This document shows positions 38,642 to 47,411 of a stretch of 64,000 bases of DNA, piece by piece. A program made the position numbers and the translations under genes. This DNA comes from Trichodelitschia bisporula (taxonomy: Eukaryota), in assembly GCA_010356995.1 (NCBI GenBank), contig ML996693.1:930001-994000 (forward strand), in the 5' to 3' direction. Under the pieces are notes generated by a model. The model did not search any database and was not told the origin of the DNA. It saw only the letters and a program-made list of their open reading frames with translations. The first letter of the stretch is position 1. Every line of letters begins with the position of its first letter.

Positions 38642-39541
38642 GTGGTGATAGGACCCCAACCAGGGGCAGACGGGAATGCTGCGTTCGCTATATTACTGTC
38701 AGGAGGGCGTTGGAGGGTAATGGAAGCATGGGCTTCATCGTGAAAATGGCCACGGTGTAAAGTGAAGAGTATTGATGAAAGACGAAGAGAAGAAGAGAAG
38801 AAGAGGAGAGGAGAGAGAGGGTCGAGACTAGGTGCACTGATGATAAGTATCTTACATTGAGCGACCCAATTCTTTTCCATCTGCCTGCCATCAATACCTC
38901 CACCCGTCTCTTCCCGAAGGAAGATGCTCACTCACAAGCCAGATCCATTCCTCCCTTCCCATGCCTAACATCAAAAGTACAGACAAGGCTGACATCTCCA
39001 GGCACCGACGAGGCATCCCCTCAACACCACCTCCACATCACAGCACTGAGATCAGCACTCACATTCCACGCCCTGCATTGCTATGTACCCTTTGGGCGCA
39101 TTACCACAACCCAGCTTCCAACCTACACACAGCGCCTCGCGGCGCACCCGGCTCACAAGCCCCCCTAACCTCCCCACACCATTTTCCCCCACCAAGAAAG
39201 GAAAAGCGTCCAACAAAAAAAGAACACCACGCACCCCGCGCGCTGAGCCAGCCCATGAACAAAAATACAGCGTAAAGTAAAGGAAACGCCTCGCGCTCAT
39301 TCCCGCGCGCGCAATGCTGCGATGATAATGGGGTCAAAGAAGAGGTGGGGGAGATCCGGCGGCAGAAGCAAGGCACGGGTAATCCCCCGCAAGCCCGTCC
39401 AACAGCCCATCTCTAATGAAAAGGAAAAAATACGGGAGAGAGAGAGAGAGAGAGAAGAGGGAGCGTCGCGTCTCAACCTCCACAAACGCCATCATCAGCC
39501 CAGGAGCAAACATTACCCATCAGCAAGATCCGACCCTCCCA

Positions 39542-41962
39542 TCACCCCCTCTGCCCCGCATTAATATTCAACCAACTCATGTCCTCATTCCCGGTCGTCT
39601 TGCGAATCACCGGCCCGCTCCTTACACTGCTGCTCCGCCGCTTCGTCTCCACCACCTTCGGCTTACCCCCAAATCCGGGCGACGTCGGCGAGGGCACTCC
39701 GCGGGGGAACAGCGTAACATCACTCCTCCCACTGTCACGCACCTGCTGCTGGCCGCCCCACGGCGGCCGCGGCGGCTGGAACTCCATCGCAGGTGGTGCC
39801 CGCCGTGCCGCCAACTTGGGCGACTGCTCGATACCGGACGGAAACACGGTGACGTTGCTAGCCCCGCTATCGCGGACGGGAGCACCTGCGAACGGCGCCC
39901 TAGGCGGCGGCGGTGGGTACAGCGCCTCATGGCTACGCAAGCGATCCGTCGGCGCGCCGAAATACGGATTCCCGCCGCCCGAGCGTCGGTCCGCAATAAC
40001 GCCGCCGTCGAGCGGAGTCCAAGATCGGGTCTCAGTGCGGCCCATTTCTCCATTGCTGCCGCGCGAGGACACGCTCTCGGCCCGCCGGATCTCGGCTCGC
40101 AGACCCTCGCGTACGTCGTCAGTGCTGTTGCCCATAGTCGGGCTGCCGGTGGCGACGCGGTTGATGCGCTGTCCCTCGAACTTAGGGCCCAGATTGAGCT
40201 CTAGCGGCGGTGGACCGACGAGCCCGGTCACACTGACGCCTGGTCCCTCGCCGTAGTCCGAGCGTGACATATCCGAGGCGAATGTTTCGCGGGTGGCGCC
40301 GGGCGCGGGAATGCTGGCTAGGTTTGTCACCTCGTTGTTGGCGAAGTAGCGACTCCAACCGTTCGAGCGGGTGCGTGTGGCTGCTTCCAGGGACTTGGAA
40401 GGGCTGGACTCCGGGCTGGAGTCGGCGCTGCGTGGGCCGGTTTCCTTGTTCCGCGGTGGTGACGTCGTGGTTATGACGGGAGCCGCAAACCGCGGCTTCT
40501 CGTCACGCAGATGGCCCATTTCGACCGGTTCATTGTAACCCAACGGGCTCTTGTGCTTGACCAGACCGGCCATGGAGGCATCGCTCGGCATGCCGCGCCG
40601 GTGGGATTTGGCGCCAGGCTGGAACATGGCGAGCGATGTCATGCTTGAGTTTTTGCTTGGAGCAGCACCAAACCCGCGACCCATCGATCCGCCGGCTTCG
40701 TGCATGAACTCAGCACCCTGGTCGGCGAAAGAGAGACGATCTTCCTTTTCGCTGACGGCGCGCTGTTGCTTCTTCTTCTTCTCGCGCATGCAGCGCAGAA
40801 GCAGCAAGATAATGATTAGTATCGCAGCTATTCCAAAGATGGCACCTAAGGTGGCGCCAAGGACAGTAAGCGTCCGTGCTTTGGAAGGACCGGGTCCGTC
40901 ATTTGGCGTAGCGACAGCCGTGCTGGAGGGTGATGCGGTTGCGGATGATAGTGATGATGACGAAGACTTTGTGAGAGGCACCTGTGCCTTTCCGACGAAC
41001 AGACTGGTGGCGTTGATCCATCTGTTCTCCGTCTGGTCGAAGATGACAATCGGATCGTCGTCATTCCCACCACCCGTCATAACAACCAGACCATCCGGCG
41101 ACTGGGCGAGAGAATATCTTGACCGCGCTGCCGTAGGGGCCAACGATGCGTTATATGCCGGCCAATCGCTGACCGTAAGGTCGCGCTTCGACTTGTCTGC
41201 AGCACCGACAACCTTGCCCACCGGTGCAGGCTGGCCATTTTCCCACAACGCGTAGCGGGTAACGACGTTTGGGGACACGCCGAGGTCGAAGAGCTCCAGC
41301 ACTTTACTGCCGTCGTCGCCTGTCACCATGGCACATTTTACCGAGTCGGGTGATACGACAGGTGCCGGCAATGTTGTCCCGAGATTCGTCCACGCACCGT
41401 TGCCGTAGACCCACAGCTCGCGGTTACCCTGCGCACCGCCAACCATGAGAGCATGTGTCGAATTCCAAGGCATAAGCATCGGTTCAAAAAGCGGTGGCGC
41501 GGCGGACGGCGACGCATTGACGACGTATGGTGAGACTGTCGAAATCAAAAAGGTCTGCGACGACGGCAGCACGTCCCCTGCCTGCGACCCAGCGTACACC
41601 AGAATCTGGGACGTGCCTTCCAAAAACACGGCGCCGTGATGTTGGCGGTTACTCGTCACCTGCGAGGCGGGCTGAAGGGTTTCCCAGGCTTGGGTGGCGA
41701 AGACAAAACGTTGAAGACCGCTGTACAGCGCGTTATCCGCGTTAGGTGTGCCGCCGACGACATACAACGCTGCAGTGGCCGGGTTAGTATCTTCGACGCA
41801 AACAGCGCCCTTGACGGAGACGCCGCCGTCGAGCTCCGACCAGTCCGCATCCTCTTTGAGCGGCAGTGCCTGCAGGCCTTCGGGAGTGTAGACGTAGAGG
41901 GTGTTGTCGTGGACGGCAGAGCAGTGGTCGGATAGAGGAAGAGGGGGCGAAGGAATGGACAT
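39542..41962 (-). CDS. Kelch/galactose-oxidase-like beta-propeller protein with one TM helix and a disordered tail
   Basis: Intronless 806-aa ORF; blade-like motifs (LYVVGG, ILVYAGS, ALMVGG, VVMTGG), S/T stalk, TM LTVLGATLGAIFGIAAILIIILLLL followed by a basic stop-transfer stretch. Confidence 0.85.
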   Translation of the reverse strand: MSIPSPPLPLSDHCSAVHDNTLYVYTPEGLQALPLKEDADWSELDGGVSVKGAVCVEDTNPATAALYVVGGTPNADNALYSGLQRFVFATQAWETLQPASQVTSNRQHHGAVFLEGTSQILVYAGSQAGDVLPSSQTFLISTVSPYVVNASPSAAPPLFEPMLMPWNSTHALMVGGAQGNRELWVYGNGAWTNLGTTLPAPVVSPDSVKCAMVTGDDGSKVLELFDLGVSPNVVTRYALWENGQPAPVGKVVGAADKSKRDLTVSDWPAYNASLAPTAARSRYSLAQSPDGLVVMTGGGNDDDPIVIFDQTENRWINATSLFVGKAQVPLTKSSSSSLSSATASPSSTAVATPNDGPGPSKARTLTVLGATLGAIFGIAAILIIILLLLRCMREKKKKQQRAVSEKEDRLSFADQGAEFMHEAGGSMGRGFGAAPSKNSSMTSLAMFQPGAKSHRRGMPSDASMAGLVKHKSPLGYNEPVEMGHLRDEKPRFAAPVITTTSPPRNKETGPRSADSSPESSPSKSLEAATRTRSNGWSRYFANNEVTNLASIPAPGATRETFASDMSRSDYGEGPGVSVTGLVGPPPLELNLGPKFEGQRINRVATGSPTMGNSTDDVREGLRAEIRRAESVSSRGSNGEMGRTETRSWTPLDGGVIADRRSGGGNPYFGAPTDRLRSHEALYPPPPPRAPFAGAPVRDSGASNVTVFPSGIEQSPKLAARRAPPAMEFQPPRPPWGGQQQVRDSGRSDVTLFPRGVPSPTSPGFGGKPKVVETKRRSSSVRSGPVIRKTTGNEDMSWLNINAGQRG

Positions 41963-43379
41963 TTTGGGGTGGGGCCCCGGTGTAGTTCTCTTCGCTGCAA
42001 GAGGTTTATGATCGCGTATACATGGTTTGTGTGGTGGTGATACGGCGGCGACGGAAAGAAGAGGCGTGGTGACGGAGGTGCACTGAGGACCAGCCGTTAT
42101 TTTTCGTGGGGGAAGCCCAACAAAGAAAGTGTGTCTTCTCCTCCTCTTGCTTCAAAGCCCTTGTTGTCTGGGCGGCGAATGGAACGTCTTGAGTCGACGA
42201 GACGGAAGCGGCGCTCTGTCAAAGAGCCGATCTTGATATGGGGGTCGAAGCAGCGACCAGCAGGCTTGATGGTGCAAAGAGGGAATGAACGAGAAGTGTA
42301 TATTCGTACAAGGGAAGCGGAGCGCGCAGCGATTGTCAGGAGCTAGCCAGAGTTGCGAGAAGAACGAAGGGTTTCGCGATTGGGAGGCGTATTCGTCTCT
42401 CGCGGAAGAAAAGGGATGGTGGTATCCGGATTCGAAGTCGAATTCGAGATTTCAAGGAGGCCTAGCTCGGGTGGGTTTGGTATGGACGATATATCGTGAG
42501 TAGCGATATGGCAAGGACGAAAGGGCTGTCGAGAAATGGAAGTGAACAGCTTTCCGCGAACACAAGCAGGATCGGGATGTGAGGCTTGAAGGAGGTGAGG
42601 TGGAGAGATGAGAGAGCGGAGAGAGCGGAGAGCGCGGAGAGAGAGAGAGGGAAGGAGCAACACACTGGACTGGAGGATCACAGCCAACTACCGCTCTAGG
42701 ACTAGCCAGGAGACCCTTTGTATCGAATAGGGGTGTCCCTTAACGGGTGGCTAAGGCTTATTATGGCTTAGTTCCGGGCGTACCTGCCGTGAACTAGCCG
42801 CAATAGTGGGGGGCTCCGACTCGCGATAGGCTGAGTCTCTCCTCCTCACCACCGGCACGGATTTTCCACTGCGGCTTCGCTCGAGAAGTTTATATCGCTG
42901 CATCAACTCATGAATAGCCAGGATGGAGTACGGATTATAAGTACCAATTGTATACGGACTCGTCATCAGCTCAACCCTCTTGCTCCTTCTGAATGTCATC
43001 CATTCCCCTTGTTCCCTTCTAGCACCGAACAGCAGTCCGCGATGGGACCCAGGACTCACGCCATCGACCAGTGAGGTGCCGTACGCTGGTAATGACGGGG
43101 GGAGGGAAGGCTGGTGGCGCGGCCTTCTCGGCCACGGATTGGACGAGGCTGGGGGCGGAGAGAGGGGGTCGAGTTGACCGGGGCCTTGACTTGCACCACA
43201 GGAGCACCGATATCGAGCAGCGAAGGGAATTCAGGTCGCGATGCTGCAAAGCTAATTCATGATTCGCCTTTGCCTTCTAATTCTTCCCTACTGCAAGTCC
43301 TGACTATCAACCATCATGTGTGTGCGCGAAAGAAAAGCGCACTCATCTCCCTCATCTCACAGCCACCCCCTCTCCAGCG

Positions 43380-44035
43380 TACCCCCTAAAACACCGGCGC
43401 CGCCCGCTGTCCCGCCCAAAAAATCCCCGAGCCACAAACACAAAACAGCCTCTGGCCAGCTTCCACCGCGGGCTCCAAAAGGGGGGCAGGGGGGAATGGG
43501 CCCACGGGCTGGTCGAAAAAGTTATGTCGGCCTCCCTCAGCAAAATACCGTGGATTGGGGGGGCATGACTTTTTCGACTAGCCCAAGGCCTAAGGCCCGA
43601 TTCTCCCTTACTGCGTACCGTACGCGCGACTCCGCCGCCGCCGCTCCGCTGCGCAAGGGAAGTAGCCAGGTTCTCGAAACGCACCGCCGCCGCCATGGCA
43701 CACCCGCAGCCCGGCCGCTGCGAGCGCCGTAGTGGGGGGCCGACGGTGGGTGCGGCAAAAGGCTGTGTGGTACCTGCGGGCTGGCCGTGTGGTCGGCGGG
43801 ACGGGGGGTGGTTAGGGGGGCAACCGGGAAAAAGGCATGGGCGGTTGCGACGGGAACCTGAGGCGATCGTGAGTCGCTGGCCGATATCAAGAAACGCGGC
43901 CGCCGCGCGATATTGACCGTGTCTTCTGTTTGACTTCTTTCTCGGTTTCTCTCTCTTGCGCAATTGCAGCCTTTGTTTGTGGCCTTGAGATATCGAATCG
44001 TTGCGTGATGGGAAGGCTGCTCATTTCCGCAAGCG
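43380..44035 (+). ncRNA. Candidate structured ncRNA, block A
   Basis: 23-bp uninterrupted helix 43506-43528/43562-43584 (3 G-U) with flanking helices; second arm 43667-43689/43840-43860; no credible ORF. Confidence 0.45.
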
Positions 44036-44399
44036 CCTGTTGCGTACTCGCACTCGACGTATCACACAGCGACTGCATCACTGCCCACAAGCACAACGGG
44101 CATCCAATCGTCGGGCACATATAAGAATCGCGCTGCAATATCACACCCAACTCGTCATAGATCCCGTGCACCCACCAATTCCCATCCCCAGAAAGCAAGC
44201 CTTACACACACACTCATTGCGATCATCGTCCATCGCCGTCGCGCATCAAACCCACCGCCACGCAAAAAGCCAAGCCGTCGCACCTTCCCTGCCATCAGCA
44301 CCTCAAGTCAGGCACCCACCACCGCCATCCCCAGTCCTCCACTTCAAAAGTCTAAAAACACCATGGCCCTGCTGCAGTAGACACTCCATTTTAATCCTT

Positions 44400-45245
44400 C
44401 AATCCCGTCCATATCCCTCCCGCCCCGACTCACATCCCAGCTTCAGCCCTGCCACTCCCTCACGGTTCCGGTCCCCAGTTCTCAAGCGGCCAGGGAACCA
44501 CGGATCGAGCCCGCCCGCCTGCGGACCCACCGCGTCCGTTGCGGTTCCCAGCGGTTGAGACGTTGGTGCACCCGCGTAGGGAGGCCGTGGAACGAGCGGG
44601 ACCAAACACCGACGTCGTGCTGCCGTCGTGGGATCCGCAATGGGAAGCTTCCGCTGCAAAGTTGATACTTAATATCCCCACTTCCCTCCCATCCAGCCCA
44701 CTCCCGCAGTGAGTACGATTCCGCGCCCGTCCGCAAAGCAACGGATTGGCGATGCTCGCGGGCGGGCTGATTGCTTGACGTCGCGCGAACCTCATTCTTT
44801 CTCCATATTCCTTCCCGCACTGTTACGAGCAGCCAAGAAGCCCGAGCCCCACCTTCCCCACTGCACTTTCCGCCGTCGCATGTGGTCTGAAGTGGCTGCC
44901 GTTGCGTGCGCTGGTTTCACGGTACGGTACGGCGGTCTCACGGGCCACACCGGCGCGAGAGCGGAGAACCGTTGCGTAAGGCTCCCGGACGCAGCTCCGC
45001 TTTACATCAGTGCGTGGCAATATCGTGATGAGGGGGGGATGATCGGCATGCTCGTTGTCGTTCTAGTAACTCCACGACCAAGAATATGCGTAAGTTCACG
45101 GCCAAGAGTGCTCGTTGTTTTCCCCTCAAAGCTTGTTGTTGCGTTTGCGTGATGGGAACCGCCTGGGCGGTTGGCGTGGGACTGTAATCTCCGCTGTTTT
45201 GGGCCCTGGGCTTCGGGATGAGGTAAGGAAGGAGGATGGAACGGT
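44400..45245 (+). ncRNA. Candidate structured ncRNA, block B
   Basis: Nested helices in 44480-44560; 11-bp 44508-44518/44758-44768; end-to-end pairing (CATCCC 44433 / GGGATG 45215); upstream ATATAAG near 44119. Confidence 0.3.
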
Positions 45246-45861
45246 GAGTGCGTTTGTGGAGGATGAAGAGAGAAGCGTTTCTGTCTGGCGGCTGCTTGAC
45301 GTTTGATGATTGAGAGTTTGATTGTTTGACAGAGGGCATGTCTGTGTCGTCGCGGTGACGGCTCCGGAATAGGCTCGGCTGTCTCGCTCCTGTTGCTCCC
45401 GCATAGGTTGGCGGATGGCCAGTTCTTTCACATGTTCAAACATGCTGTTTTGCTTGCATGAACGTCGATGATATCATGTCCCAGACACCGTTTTAGCCTT
45501 CAAGGTCTGACGTCGTTCTGACGTCTCTCTGCCATAACTATATCCACGGCCTGAAGAATGGCCTGCGCCAATTCTAGACGGCATAAAGGCCGGGGATAGA
45601 CAGCACGGTGTAGGTCGAGATCCATCTCTGTTCGACATGTAGGAAGCAAGTCCGAGTGGTAATCTGTTAAGCCTTTAAGGTCAGCCTCTACCCCTCCCTT
45701 CACGACGATAGGGCTCTAGCTTGTGGGAATTCAGTATCGTGAGTTTGTCGAAGCCTAGGGTGACTTGTCTCAGTACTGAATATCAATATCTCGGCCCGCT
45801 TCATCACCACGCTCCATCGTGATACTCCTCTCAGTCACCGATCTCCCGATACCACGTGCAT

Positions 45862-45876
45862 TAACCCTAACCCTAA
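45862..45876. repeat. Interstitial telomeric repeat TAACCCTAACCCTAA
   Basis: 2.5 copies of CCCTAA. Confidence 0.8.
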
Positions 45877-46344
45877 TCCCCCTTTCGAGCTCCCCCACGG
45901 TTCCTTCCAGTCTTGCCATCGGTCATTTCCCTAGGTAAGTACGTTCCTTCCAGAAACACCAATGATCCTTCCTCAGTTCACATCAACTGTTCAACTCCAG
46001 GCTTTATAACGTGCATCGTCCCTACAAAATCACAACTCAAGTAAGCTACACCATATGTCGGCACGAGTTCTATACAACTAAAAGAGGTACATAGCATCAT
46101 AAACCAGAGCGCGTGCAAGAACACCACAAGGCTCGAAGCAAGCCTTGCCGGGGCCGATCATCGCTTAGGCAGAAGCTCAGACCGAGAGCCACCCTCACAT
46201 GTCACAGCCGTCCCACCCACAAATCCGCCTCAGCGAGACGGCCACGACTTTCCCACGCAGCCGTTAGCCCCCCGGCCCGACCCCGCGCGCATTTCGCCAC
46301 TCGAATATTTAATCCCCCCCCCCCTCCCCCACACTTCGCATCAC

Positions 46345-47036
46345 CAGTTCTCCGCGCCCGCGCTTGCTTTTGTCTTCCGTACGTCTTCCTTCGCACATCC
46401 GGCACCGCTGCGCTCTCTCTCTAACCGCTGTAGTTTTCGGGCCCGTACGGAGTGCGGCTTTGAGGAGATGGCGGTGGTGAAGTGCGCGAGGATGGGTTGA
46501 GGTGTGTTGCCTGGCCCGGCTGCGGTGTGGACGGGAACTCACAGTTCGGTGAAGCAGGCCGCTCGCTGCGCTTCGCTGTGTTTCGGGCGATGGCCTCGAC
46601 GGATGTGGATGCCGATGCAGCCAGCGGTACACGACTGATGGCCGACCCCGCATCTGCGGCCAGGGTTCGCGGCGGCAAAAGCAAGCAGCCGACGGGCTGG
46701 ACCGCTTGACTGCGCGTTCCAGAACGTCGACATTGAACACCGCCCGCTTGATGTCCGGTCGGCGTCGCGAATACGTCCATGTTCAGTGCGCAGGGCAAGT
46801 CGGCGGGATGGGTTGAGGTCCCTCTGCGAAAGCGGCCGGGAGGGCCAAGGGCCATCCAAAAAAAGTGTAACCGTCCTTTCCGGGCCTATGCTGTGTGGTA
46901 CGCACATGCTATGGGCAGGGGACGGCCATGGATTTTTGGGTGGCTCTTGGGGGGCTTGTGGATGGAGCGGGGACATAAAGCGGGCTTCTTGTGGGCCGCG
47001 AAGGAAGATAAAAGTATGCGCGTGTGCGGAGAGCTG
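46345..47036 (+). ncRNA. Candidate spliced rod-like structured ncRNA, block C
   Basis: Terminal helix 46345-46378/47003-47036 (32 of 34 paired, no gaps); intron 46379-46433 (GTACGT...CTAAC...TAG); 18-bp helix 46845-46862/46933-46950. Confidence 0.6.
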
Positions 47037-47411
47037 ATTACCGGAACGGAGTGGAGGAGATAGCAAGAAATGGACGTGAAATACATGGTGATGAGGCTGA
47101 CCTTCGAGGTTCGCTAGACGAGTGACTGCTTGACATGTCTTCGTCTGAGACAGCGAGTGGATCGTTGGAGTGGTGAGGCTGGGCCTGGGGGGTCCAATAG
47201 TGGTTTTTGATAGAGGGAGTTTGTTGGGACTCTTCGATGATCGGTGAAGCGATGGGAGGGCGTGCTCTCATATCTTATTCAACACATCCTCACTGCTCAA
47301 GTTGCTACTATTGGTGACAGTCATGGCCATCCTACATTAAGATTACTGCCTTGCATGATGTACATGTGCCCACATCGTCGATGTGACCCGTTACCCGCGC
47401 CAGCCCCCCTA

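Noticed and set aside
45780..45942. U1 snRNA on the minus strand (ACTTACCTAG)
   Set aside because: No loop I consensus or Sm site; better read as a + strand 5' splice site.
46790..46990. RNase P/MRP or SRP RNA identity (ACATAAAGCGGGCTTC, CAGG...AGCAG)
   Set aside because: Partner P4 strand and helix-8 geometry do not match convincingly; no Alu-domain 5' motif.
46345..47036. MITE with 34-bp terminal inverted repeats
   Set aside because: No target-site duplication (flanks CGCATCAC vs ATTACCGG), deviations mostly G-U, and an intron begins exactly at the helix end. Disfavoured, but not excluded without a copy-number search.
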